A stretch of DNA of 62,179 bases, counting the filler, from Babesia bigemina (lineage: Eukaryota): NCBI RefSeq assembly GCF_000981445.1. It is 5 parts of 5 records of this genome, joined end to end, with 100 filler letters (N's around TTAATTAATTAA, not from the genome) between each part and the next. Parts side by side here need not be neighbours in the genome. Positions count along the whole stretch, not along the records: positions 46,940 to 62,179 come from NW_012237233.1; 4 more parts are not named here. One strand, written 5' to 3'. The notes under the pieces were generated by a model that ran no database searches, was not told the origin of the DNA, and saw only the letters and a program-made list of their open reading frames with translations. Shown here in pieces: positions 46,940 through 59,300 of the stretch. Numbering within the stretch: position 1 is the stretch's first letter; every line of letters starts with the position of its first letter. A program made the translations under genes and the position numbers.

Positions 46940-48805
46940 TCGCCCCTTTATCCACTCCACATCGCCCCTTTATCCACTCTACATCGCCCCTTAACCCGTT
47001 CTACATCGCTCCCTTAACCCACTCTACATCGCCCCTTAACCGACCTTACATCGCCCCTTAACCCACGCTACATCGCCCCTTAATCCACTCCGCATCGCTC
47101 CCTATCTCACTCTACATCGCCCCTTTATCCACTCTACATCGCTCCTTTGACCGCTCTACATCGCTCCTTTATCCACTCCACATCGCCCCTTAACCCACTC
47201 TACATCGCTCCTTATCCACTCCACATCGCTCCCTAATCCGCTCTACATCGCCCCTTTATCCACTCTACATCGCCCCTTATCCACTCCACATCGCTCCCTA
47301 ATCCGCTCTACATCGCCCCTTTACCCACTCTACATCGCTCCTTCATCCACTCTACATCGCTCCCTAATCCACTCTACATCGCTCCTTAACCCACTCTAAT
47401 CGCCCCTTATCCACCTTACATCGCCCCTTATCCACCTTACATCGCTCCTTTATCCACTTTACATCGCCCCTTTACCCACTCCACATCGCTCCCTAACCCA
47501 CTCTACATCGCTCCTTTATCCACTCTACATCGCTCCCTAACCCACTCCACATCGCTCCCTAACCCACTCTACATCGCTCCTTAACCCAGTGTACATCGCT
47601 CCCTAACCCACCCTACATCGCTCCCTAACCCACTCTACACCGCCCCTTAACCTCCTCTAATCGCCCCTTAACCTCCTCTAATCGCTCCTTAACCCACTCT
47701 ACATCACCCCTTTACCCACTCTACATCGCCCCTAACCCTCTCTACACCGCCCCTTTATCCACTCTTCATCGCCCCTTATCCACTCCACATCGCTCCCTAA
47801 CCCACTCCACATCGCCCCTTTATCCACTCTACATCGCTCCCTAACCCACTCTACATCGCCCCTTTACCCACTCTACATCGCCCCTTAACCCACTCTACAT
47901 CGCTCCTTTACCCACCCTACATCGCCCCTTAACCCACTCCACATCGCTCCCTAACCCACTCTACATCGCCCCTTTATCCACTCTACATCGCTCCCTAACC
48001 CACTCTACATCGCTCCTTTATCCACTCTACATCGCTCCTCTATCCACTCTACATCGCCCCTTAACCCACTCCCCATCGCTCCTTAATCCACTCTACATCG
48101 CTCCTTAACCCACTCTACATCGCTCCTTAACCTCCTCTAATCGCTCCTTAACCTCCTCTAATCGCTCCCTAACCCACTCCACATCGCCCCTTTATCCACT
48201 CTACATCGCCCCTTTATCCACTCTACATCGCCCCTTTATCCACTCTACATCGCTCCTTTACCCACTCCACATCGCCCCTTAACCCACTCTACATCGCTCC
48301 CTTATCCACTCTACATCGCTCCCTTATCCACTCTACATCGCCCCTTTATCCACTCTACATCGCTCCCTTATCCACTCTACATCGCTCCCTAACCCACTCT
48401 ACATCGCCCCTTAACCCACTCCACATCGCTCCTTTATCCACTCTACATCGCCCCTTTATCCACTCCACATCGCCCTTATCCACTCCACATCGCCCCTTTA
48501 TCCACTCTGCATCGCCCCTTATCCACTCTACATCGCTCCCTAACCCACTCTACATCGCCCCTTTACCCACTCCACATCGCTCCCTAACCCACTCTACATC
48601 GCTCCCTAACCCACTCTACATCGCCCCTTATCCACTCCACATCGCCCCTTTACCCACTCTACATCGCTCCTTAACCCACCTTACATCGCTCCCTAACCCA
48701 CTCTACATCGCCCCTTTACCCACTCTACATCGCTCCTTTATCCACTCCACATCGCTCCTTTATCCACTCTACTTCGCTCCTTTATCCACTCTACATCGCC
48801 TCTTT
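46940..48805 (+). repeat. 22-bp satellite
   Basis: Read directly. Confidence 0.95.
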
Positions 48806-48810
48806 AATTA

Positions 48811-49114
48811 CACTTCCCTCACCTCCCTCTCCACCTCCATTAACCTCCCCGACTGCCCTGTCACCTAATTTTGCGAAATTTCTTCGACCCCTAAAAATTG
48901 CCTAAATCGCCTCCAAAAAATTACCTTGACCAAACTTGACCAAATTTTGGTCATCTCAATCTCCATCACTTCCCTCTCCTCCCTCTCCACCTCCTTTAGC
49001 CTCCCTGAGGGCCCCGTCACTGAATTTTGCCATATTTCTTCGACCCCTAAAAATTGCCTAAATCGCCTCCAAAAAATTACCTTAACCGAAGTTGACCAAA
49101 TTTTTGTTATCTCA
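48811..49114 (+). repeat. Two-copy 156-bp direct repeat forming the leader of a half-length ves cassette
   Basis: Shared core TTTCTTCGACCCCTAAAAATTGCCTAAATCGCCTCCAAAAAATTACCTT at a 156-bp offset. Confidence 0.9.
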
Positions 49115-49152
49115 CCCCCCTCGCCGGCGCCCTCTCCGCCCTCCTGTCCACA

Positions 49153-51534
49153 ATGCACGAACAACGCCACTTCTCCGCCACCGTCTCCTCTCGCCTCGCC
49201 GACCTCCAAACACAACTTGACACCCTCACCGCTACCCAATTCGCCGAGGCCTCCCCGCTGCTCAACGTCGTCAAGGCCGGCGTCCGGGCGTTCCACGGGG
49301 AGCTCGCGAAGCAGTACGTCAGCAGGTACTCGGGTAATTGGTTCACTGATAAGGTGGTGAAACCAAAAACGTCATCTGAAGCGAAAACAGTTAAAACCAT
49401 GCCAAATCCTGCTGACAACACCGAAATAACCGAGTACGGGAGGAAGTGCGCGAAGGTGTTCCTGACGGCACTCAGCATTACTCACAACGCTTTGAAAGCT
49501 TTGAAGAAATATGGCAGCGTTAGATGGAGATCTCAACAGGTAAATGACACAACCGAATTTGGGAAATTCTTCATCAACCATGGATACCATGTCGCTACAG
49601 GTGACAAACAACAATGGGAGCTTCAGGATAAGGTAACGAAGACAGGTTTCCATATCTACAAACTAGTGGTAAAGGACGACGATGAACACGTATACACGAA
49701 ACATGATCATGATCAAGATAATGGCCCCCTGAAGCGGCTTCACGGCTGTCTCCAAACATATTACAGAGTCGGCCACGTAACTAGTGCATCCGCCAAGAAG
49801 CGTCCATCTAATATATTCGAGATACTGTGCTGGATATCTGGTCTGCCTTCAAATAACGTGTATGACGATCTGCTACATGACGCCGTTAGTGACTTATTTG
49901 TGGATCCTGCTAAGCAGGTCACAGTTGGTGACCTAGCCGCTGCAGTTGTCGGCGATGAACCCGTACCGGCATATCCGCACTCAATCGAATTGGAACGCAC
50001 TCAAGCAGCAGTGACGCGCTTATGTTCGAAATCCTACGACGTATTAGCGACAATACTCGGCTACGGAGACGCGTACACTATGTACGCAGTCGACTTCGGC
50101 AATAACGCACTTAATTTCCACTATCCCCCCAAAGCAGGAGATTGTTTGCAAATGCTGATCGATATGCTGCGTAGATTACTACCTCCACTGCGCTTCTTAC
50201 ATAGCCAGTGTAAACTCGGTGCTGAATTCCACGGCTGGTCAGAATGCTTCTACGGAAAGGATGTCAGAACAACCAAGTGGACATGTACCGACCACTCGAG
50301 CGACGAAGTAACGTGCCAACCAAACTGCCAACCAAAAGGCAAAGCAAATTGCCAACCAACTTCCCCCCTTCAGTCGTATTTATCCGATTGTCTAGTCGGT
50401 CGTTTACCGCATGAACTTAGCAGTATTGGATGTAAGTATGACTGTCGCACGTGCTCTAAATCTCAGCCTGGACAGCCGTGTCTGACGCCACTTGGCTTCA
50501 GAGCTTTCTCGGGATCCGCAAAAACTGGTAAACACATATGCGATGTGCTCGATGAATTTTTCAATAACGAGAAACTGTTAGCGCTATTCACCTTTTCTCC
50601 TCAACCGCCAGCCAGTCTGCCAGAACACTTCGGATTTGCATTGTCGCTTGCGGCAGGACTTAATGCTTCTAATGCGAACAAACACGATGGAGTTATTACA
50701 TTACAAGATGCACTGGAAACATCCGTTAAGGAAACATCGATGGACCTTTACAACGAAGCATCAGCTTTTATCACTGCTTTTCGTAATGCATATCATAGTA
50801 CGCATGGCGGTAAAGCTATGATGCATCCAACAGCTACAAATGCTGACTTGAAGAGTCTATCAATGCGCGACTCATGTATGGTTGCTGCGAAGGACAACGT
50901 CCACTGCGGCCCCTACCTATCATCTCTCTACTCTGATGCATACTATTACCTCGCCCCAAAACATTGCAACCTATATCTATCATGGGCTGTCTACTTACCT
51001 TGGACGCTATATCGATATCTTCAAGGCCTATTTGATTCTTTCTGCAATATATCCTGCCAGGATTGGGGGTGCCGTGGCTGTCTGCAAAACGAGAAATGTA
51101 AGAAGGGTAAACACGGTGAAGACTACAATTGTAAATGCCGTGGAATTGTCGAATGTCGCGGTGTAATGAGCGTATTCCATACTTACGGATTTTCATTTGG
51201 GGACGCATCGAAACTAATGTCCACGGATGAGTGGAGATATTGCCGCAATTTCTACGCTCAATTCAAAAATGTGCTAAAATCTGAATATTTCAATACACTC
51301 TTCGAAAAGTGCGACGAATTCCTCTTCAGAATCCGCTCACCCTTCATCTGGCTCAACGTAGCCCTCTGGCTCCTCTCTCTCCTCTACCTCATCCACATCA
51401 TGGTCATCCGCCTCGATCTGCTCCACATCAAATCGCATTTGCACTCACCCTCATCGCATCGCATAGCAGCTCAATCACTTCTTGCCGCCGCACGTGTTAA
51501 CAAGCTTAACAGAGTGTTTTACCTGCAACCATAA
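49153..51534 (+). CDS. ves1: Half-length ves1-family ORF (793 aa) corresponding to the C-terminal part of the long genes, VFYLQP class
   Basis: N-terminus aligns to about residue 1100 of 34502-40120 (..HF....ELAKQYVSRYSG vs ..HF....ELDKAYINRYSG); near-identical TM and tail. Confidence 0.88.
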   Translation: MHEQRHFSATVSSRLADLQTQLDTLTATQFAEASPLLNVVKAGVRAFHGELAKQYVSRYSGNWFTDKVVKPKTSSEAKTVKTMPNPADNTEITEYGRKCAKVFLTALSITHNALKALKKYGSVRWRSQQVNDTTEFGKFFINHGYHVATGDKQQWELQDKVTKTGFHIYKLVVKDDDEHVYTKHDHDQDNGPLKRLHGCLQTYYRVGHVTSASAKKRPSNIFEILCWISGLPSNNVYDDLLHDAVSDLFVDPAKQVTVGDLAAAVVGDEPVPAYPHSIELERTQAAVTRLCSKSYDVLATILGYGDAYTMYAVDFGNNALNFHYPPKAGDCLQMLIDMLRRLLPPLRFLHSQCKLGAEFHGWSECFYGKDVRTTKWTCTDHSSDEVTCQPNCQPKGKANCQPTSPLQSYLSDCLVGRLPHELSSIGCKYDCRTCSKSQPGQPCLTPLGFRAFSGSAKTGKHICDVLDEFFNNEKLLALFTFSPQPPASLPEHFGFALSLAAGLNASNANKHDGVITLQDALETSVKETSMDLYNEASAFITAFRNAYHSTHGGKAMMHPTATNADLKSLSMRDSCMVAAKDNVHCGPYLSSLYSDAYYYLAPKHCNLYLSWAVYLPWTLYRYLQGLFDSFCNISCQDWGCRGCLQNEKCKKGKHGEDYNCKCRGIVECRGVMSVFHTYGFSFGDASKLMSTDEWRYCRNFYAQFKNVLKSEYFNTLFEKCDEFLFRIRSPFIWLNVALWLLSLLYLIHIMVIRLDLLHIKSHLHSPSSHRIAAQSLLAAARVNKLNRVFYLQP

Positions 51535-51654
51535 TCGTACTCACGTGTTTACTACCTACACTCACCTAGCATCACCTACTCACCTAACTTATGAATTGTA
51601 ATATAATGTGCTGGTTTACTCATTAATCGTTGTATGTGATTGTGTAGTAGTTAA

Positions 51655-52050
51655 CTAAAGTGTTGACCAAGATGCTGCCCAAAGTGTTGACCAAGGTGCT
51701 GAGCAATGCCATGGCCAAGCACCTGACCAAAGTGTTGACCAAAGTGGTGACCAATGTGTTGACCAAAGTGGTGACCAAAGTGGTGACCAGAGTGCTGACC
51801 AAAGTGTTGACCAATGCCATGACCAATGTGCTGACCAAGGTGCTGACCAAAGAGGTGACCAAAGCGCTGACCAAGGTGCTGACCAAGTTGAGGTCACGGC
51901 AGCGATGACATGGTCACGGCAGCGATGACATGGTCACAGTAGCGATGATGTGGTTACGGCAGCGATGACATGGTCACAGCAGCGATGACATGGACACCGC
52001 AGCGATGACATGGTCACGGCAGCGATGACACGGTCACGGCAGCGATGACA
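51655..52050 (+). repeat. 12-bp then 20-bp satellites
   Basis: Read directly; switch at about 51890. Confidence 0.92.
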
Positions 52051-52085
52051 GTGGTGACCAAGCAGGTGACCTAAGTGGTGATTAT

Positions 52086-53130
52086 TATCCACTCCACATC
52101 GCCCCTTACCCACTCCACATCGCTCCCTTATCCACTCTTCATCGCCCCTTTATCCACTCTACATCGCTCCTTTATCCACTCCACATCGCCCCTTTACCCA
52201 CTCTACATCGCTCCCTAATCTACTCCACATCGCCCCTTTGTCCACGCTACATCGCCCCTTTACCCACCTTACATCGCTCCTTTATCCACTCTACATCGCT
52301 CCCTAACCCACTCTACATCGCTCCCTTACCCACTCTACATCGCTCCCTAACCCACTCTACATCGCCCCTTAACCTCCTCTAATCGCCCCTTTGTCCACTC
52401 TACATCGCCTTTTTATCCACTCTACATCGCCCCTTTATCCACCTTACATCGCTCCCTAACCCACTCTACATCGCTCTTTTATACACTCTACATCGCTCCT
52501 TTACCCACTCTACATCGCCCCTTTGTCCACTCTACATCGCTCCCTAACCCACTCTACATCGCCCCTTAACCCACTCTACATCGCTCCCTAACCCACTCTA
52601 CATCGCTCCCTAACCCACTCTACATCGCTCCCTAACCCACTCCACATCGCTCCCTAACCCACTCTACATCGCTCCCTTACTCACTCTACATCGCTCCCTA
52701 ACCCACTCTACATCGCTCCCTAACCCACTCCACATCGCCCCTTTAACCACTCCACATCGCTCCTTAACCCACTCTACATCGCCCCTTAACCCACTCTACA
52801 TCGCTCCCTTATCCACTCTACATCGCCCCTTTATCCACTCTACATCGCCCCTTAACCCACTCTACATCGCTCCCTTACCCACTCTACATCGCTCCCTTAC
52901 CCACTCTACATCGCCCCTTATCCACTCCACATCGCTCCCTAACCCACTCTACATCGCTCCTTTATCCACTCTACATCGCCCCTTAACCCACTCCACATCG
53001 CCCCTTTATCCACCCTTCATCGCTCCCTAATCCACTCCACATCGCCTCTTATCCACTCTACATCGCTCCTTAACCCACTCCACATCGCCCCTTTATCCAC
53101 TCCACATCGTCCCTTTACCCGCTCTACATC
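52086..53130 (+). repeat. 22-bp satellite
   Basis: Read directly. Confidence 0.95.
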
Positions 53131-53326
53131 CTTTGAATCACCTCGCCATAATACCGCTATGAGCTCTTTAAACTATTACAATAACTTGTGCCTTGTCACT
53201 CTTCTCTTCCCTCCTTCCACCTCTAGCCACTGCCCTGACCATGTGCCATCATATTCACCTTAACTCCAAATCCCTCGAATTACTTCGTCTTATTAACGCT
53301 ATGACCTCTTTAAACCATTATTATAA

Positions 53327-56300
53327 CTTGCTGATACTGACCATTCTCTTAGTGACGATGCTACAAGAAGAGCCTTGGAGGACATTGTGTCCAAGCTCAT
53401 TAGCCTTGGTCACCTTGCTGGACAGCTTGGAGGATTTGTTGGTGAGAGTGAGAGTGTTAAGAAAGCCGTTAAGAATGCTATTATCGCCCAAATTAACAGT
53501 ACCGAAGAGCTTAAAAAGCTTTACTCTCCTTATGTTTCTAACCTTTCTGAGTCTGTCAACTCTGCTGACCAGGCTGGTGACACCGAGAAAATTAGTGAGC
53601 TTAAAGATAAAATTACCACTGAAATTACGCTTACTGAAGAGGCAATTAAGAATCTTAAGCCTACTGAAATTAACTCTCCTCCTTCCCCCTCTTCCTCTGC
53701 TGAGTCAGACAAATTGCACTCCAAGTTGGAGGCTTTGAGGAAAGTGAAGGAGCTTTGTGGATTTCATGAGAATCTTAATAGTGCAGAAAATAACCCTAAA
53801 ACTCTCTTAGATAATTTATGTTCCGGCCTCGAAAAATTCCTCGGCTTCAATCCATCCTCCAAAGGCTACACTGGCCAGGGGATTGTGTACTCTGACCTTG
53901 ACAGGCTGTGTGATGCAGTGATGGGATTTTTGAGTGGAGTGCTTGGTGCGGTGAAAAACACTCAGACATACAATGTCGGTAAAAATACATTACAAAACTT
54001 GGTAAGTAATGAAATTAACAATCATCTTTGCTCAGGGCACGAGGGCTTTAAAAGGCTTTTCGAAAAGTTGCCCAAGGAAATCGAGAAGTATAACAGGGAA
54101 GTGCAGGAGTCTAACAAAAGAGTCAGAAATGTTATTACTACAATGAACAAGAGAATGGAAACACGCAAAAATAAGGTAAGTCAAATTTTAACACATAATG
54201 CTGCTGCAGATACATTTGAAAATGTGAAGTCGGCAGAAACGTCCGTCATCAGCGAGTTGGCGGAGGTCATACATTACGTTGAGATATTTTTAACAGACAT
54301 GAATAGCGCAGATAAAAACATATTAGACCTTAACAGTAACTGTAAAACTAATGTTAATAGCGCAAAAGATAATATTTTTTATGAGAGCACGAGGCTGCAT
54401 AGACTGTCAGATAAAGCGTCCAACGACTTGAAGGACATGAATAAGAAAATAACGGACGTCTTGACGATACTTCAGATGACCGTAAATGAAGAAATCAGCA
54501 AGCGAGTAACTGAACTCGTCAGTACGTTGAAAGGATTGGTTGGTGAGATCAAGCGGAAGCTGGAATTGATTAATGTATTGCTAAAAAAGTATATCAACAC
54601 TATAACGCGTTGGATGCTCAGAACTGAGACGCATATTCAATCATTGAGGAAGCAACACGTGGAGAAAGTCATCCAACTTGCTGACGGAGGTGATGGGAGT
54701 TGGAGGAAGGAAATTACGATTCGGGCGGAAGAATTAAAAAATGCAAAGAAAAAGCTTGAAGATTATATTGACAACGATATCAAGCCCACGCTCACTAGGT
54801 TGGTTACTGAAGCGCTTGGGAAGGTGAAAGACATGGATGCGGCGCTTAAAGGGGATTTGAAGAGGGTGAAGGATGCTGTTCAGGGGAAGGTGGAGGAGAT
54901 TAAGACGGCGATTGAAGTTTTGGGCAGGAAGTTTACGGATGTTGACGGCGTCGCAGCGCCAACAAATGCTTATGAAATAATGAAACATTTTCAATTAAAC
55001 GTTACTACAATTAAAGATAACGTTGGACATGACAACACCCCAGGCAAAAGTAATGCAGGAAGTATTGATTTCAATTGGGATAGTCTTAAACGACAGCTTA
55101 ATTGGGATGTTGAAGGTCTGACAGGGAATAGCGGAAAACTCAAAAAAATAGTCGACGGTATTAAGAAGTACGCGGAAGGGTTTGAGAATGGTAAGTTCAT
55201 TACCGTGCTGACGGAGTGGGTGAAGGAGATTGTAGAAGAGGATGAGGGCGTCATAAGTAGTAAAATAACGAACTATTCACTGCTAATCAAAGGTAACGGT
55301 GTTTTGAATGCTACTAAGAATAATGTCAGAGCAGCGATTAAAGCAAAGCTACCAGAGCGCATAAACACAGGGATTAAAGCCGCTGCTGTAGCAGTTCAAC
55401 TTAGAAATGCAACTGTACATAACATCGGCGATCTATTTCAGAAATTTGTAACGCAAGTTGGAAGTGAACTTATTGGGGATGCAGGTATCTCAATTCTCGG
55501 CACGGCGGCCCAGGAGATTGAGAAATCATCAGAGTTGGGATTGGCGGGAGTGCAATCTAGACACAGACCTAACCTCACAGATGCTGTTGCAAGCATTGCG
55601 AGGTCTATAGTAAACAACTTCAAGCGAATCGCTGCGGAGGTAAAGCGGTTTGCCACGGACACCCAAATACAAAACTTGTCTACGGCTATCGAGCAAATAG
55701 AAGACATAGGTACGCAATTTGATGAGGAAGATGACACTAAAGATGACCATGATATTGATCACGGCGCTAAAATAAATAAGGCTCTAAAAGCAGTGAAACC
55801 AGTGATTAAAACTCTCCACGATAGTCTTGATCAAGCACTCCAAGTCACTTCTGCTTCTGGCGGCCTAACTAACGATAGCAACGCCGCCGCCGTCGACACC
55901 GCGATAAGGGGGGTGACTGAAGAGCTAAAAAAACATTTTCCCGCAGATAGTGATAGCAAAGTTACGCTTGATAAGGACGCCACGTTTGTCGAATACAATG
56001 GCTTCGTCAACCAAGCACCAGAGAAACTGTCCTCCCTTTCCAACCCCGACTTCGACACCATCAAAGCAGCAGGCACCCTCCCCGCGGCGATCGGCGACAT
56101 AGGAAGCACAGCTCTAAACATCACCGTAAAAAACACCACAGATGTCTTGGAAACATTTTCGAAAGAGATGACGGACAACCTAACAAAATTAATGACTAAG
56201 ATTTACGAAACCAGTAAAGACATGAATGAGTACTTAAACGCTCTGAAAGACGGAAGCGTCGGTAAAGAATTAAAAGGCATAAGGGACAAACTCTCGGATT

Positions 56301-59300
56301 TACAAAGTGATAAATTGGTGAATGCGATAGAGTCCGCCGATTCACTTATTAAGTATGCCGACGACGAAAAAAACAGACTTATTAACAACCTTCAACATTA
56401 TGTAACTTGCCAGGTAGATATAGCTAAAAATTCCCTCACCACCGCCGCCCGCCGCAACTACGTCACCTCCGTCAAGCAGCTCCTCACCGCGTTCGCGGAC
56501 AAGGTCGGCCAGGAGTTGGCGCCGTTGCCGGGGGAGATTGAGAGGGATCTGCGGATCGGGTTCAAGGGGTTGATGAGAGTTATGGGAGGGGTTAGTAGCG
56601 TAAATGGTGAGCCTGTTGCGGCTTCTGGAGGTATTAATACGGGTGCAAAGAGTTTGCTTGAAAAAATTAATGAAGTTGTCCAACCGGCTAAACCAAGTGC
56701 GTCCATGAAGGACACCTTCACGAAATTGTCAGAAGCATTCAATACCTATTTTAATCCAATACACACGTACGTTAATGCACAAATTAATTCCGAAAATGCG
56801 TCAGACCCCCAGGCCCTTCGAGACATTACTGCCGACAACGTCCAACTGCTTGGTACCGTCAACTCTAATTTCAACAATTTACTCGAACACCTCAAAAAAG
56901 ACATTAATCCACCCAGAACATATATATTTGACCATACTTACACTAATCTCCTCTCAACCCTCTCCACCTCCCTCCACCTCCTATCCCCCTCCCTCTTCGC
57001 CAACCCCCGGCACCCGGAGCTGCTCGATGCGGTCAGAGCGGGGCTGCAGGGGTTTGTCGAGGAGATGGGGAGGGTGTATGTGAACGGGTATGATGGGCAT
57101 AAGGAGAAGGTGGATATGAATGAATTATTGGATAATAAAGACAAATTGACCGATAACGGCAGAAATTTGTCGAAGGCGTGTATGACCATAATTATGATCC
57201 TCAACAATGACTTTTTGAATTTGCTAGAGCGGTGTAGTGCTGCGAAATTTCAAACAATATACGCATCGTCGGGGAAAAATAATAACGTTTTAGGCGATTT
57301 TCTGAGTAGCTGTGGCTACAAGGTCTCCAAGTCGTACAATACCCAGGAGGGGGAGCTTAAAAATAAATCCGATCGCGCAGGTCAGGCTGTGTATATGAGC
57401 ATCATGACGAAGAAAATTGATAACGCCGAAAAGGTTGGCTCACTTAAAAAGTGGAAAGAAGAGAAGAACGCGCAATATTTAGTTACTGCTAATTATAACC
57501 GTAAAGTTGAAGAAATAACCGTCTTCGACATTGTCGATTTCCTTTACGATAGCCTCAATCTTTACAACGACGTATGTCATTTGTCCGCATTAACTTCGAC
57601 GAAAAAGCCATGCAGCGTATACGAAATGCTTCTATGGCTCTCCGGTCTCCCGCATCATCACGCATATTATGCTATGAGAGATGTCGCTATCTTAGAAGTT
57701 ATAGAAACGATAAATAAAGTGGACAATAAAAAAGAAGGAAAGCAGGACGGAGCAACTGACGAAGACACCATCACAGTCACAGAGTTGAAGACGGACTCCG
57801 TATTCTTGGAAGCGTACCCAAGAAAGGTAACGTATGAGTCTATGCGAACTGTTGTAACGCACATCTGCTCGGAAGCCTATGACTTACTGATCAACATCGC
57901 CGGTCACGGTGACGAATTCACAACATACGCTAGTGACTTCTCCAACAACGCTATGAAATTTCATTATCCTGCTTCGAGAGAAGACTGTCTCGATATGCTC
58001 CTAGACATACTGCGACGTGTACTGCCAACATTACAATTCCTGCTGAACCAGTGTAAGCTAAGCACTAAGCACGGTGGTTGGAAAGCTTGCAAGTACGGCA
58101 AGGATATGCCATCGGCCAAGTTGCCATGTAAACAGCATCCAACAGACGAAGCAACGGGCCAACCAGCGCGCCAAGCAACGAGTCAACCAAACACGCAACC
58201 AAAGTGCCAACCAACGTGCGAACCAAATTGCCAACCAACTTCGCCTTTAATGTCCTACTTAAACGATTGTCTCCCAGGCCACTTACCACACCAACTTACT
58301 AAAATAGGTTGCAAGTACGAGTGTTCCACATGCCTTTCCACGGCTAAGAAAGGAATGCCCTGTCTAACACCTCTTGGATTCAGAGAGTTCTCAGGAAGCA
58401 TCAAGACTGGAGATGATCTATGTGAAGTGCTTAGCCGCTTCTTCAGTAACGACCTGATGTGGTCACTGTTCTGTCTCTCTCCGACACCTCCGAAAACGTT
58501 GCCCGAACATTTCGATTTTGCTTTATCTTTGGTGAATGGTATTTCTGCCGAAACAAACGCGCACAGCGTTGTACTCCAAACGCTGCAATATGCCTTCGAA
58601 GAATCTATCGGCGAGCAATCCATTATGCTATACGCTGAAAAATCTGACTTTGTCTACGCGTTGAAGCAAGCGTATGGTTCGCCGTATCCGGAGCATGGTC
58701 AATGTACCGATGCCCATCTCCGCAATCTAACGGCGTATGATAGCTGTAAACAGAAGACTAACCGGGAACTCGAATGCGCTCCGTACTTGTCCGCGCTATG
58801 TCGGCAGTCGTATCGTCACCTTCCCAAGAATCATTGCAACTTGTATCTGTCGTGGGCAATTTACCTGCCATGGGATTTCTGGCGGCTACTGCAAAATCTT
58901 TACAATGACTTCTGCAATATATTATGTGCGGATTGGGGATGCCGGAGCTGTTTGAGAGGAGACAAGTGTAAGCGAGGAAAGCATGGAGTTATCGATAAGG
59001 ATACTCCCACCGCTACTTGTCAATGTACGTCCATGGTTACCTGTAAAGGTGTATCACCAACACTCTATCAGTATGGATTCCGCTTTGAAAATCCGTCGTC
59101 ATTAAATCATCACACTTATCCTAACAAGTGTGCCGATTTCTGCACTCAATTAAATAAGTTGCTAAATTCGAAATATTTCACCGACCTATTCGACACGTGC
59201 GACAAATTCCTCTTCACCATCCGCGCCCCCTTCATCTGGCTGAACGTCGCCCTCTGGCTCCTCTCTTTCCTCTACCTCCTCCACATCATGGTCATCCGCC

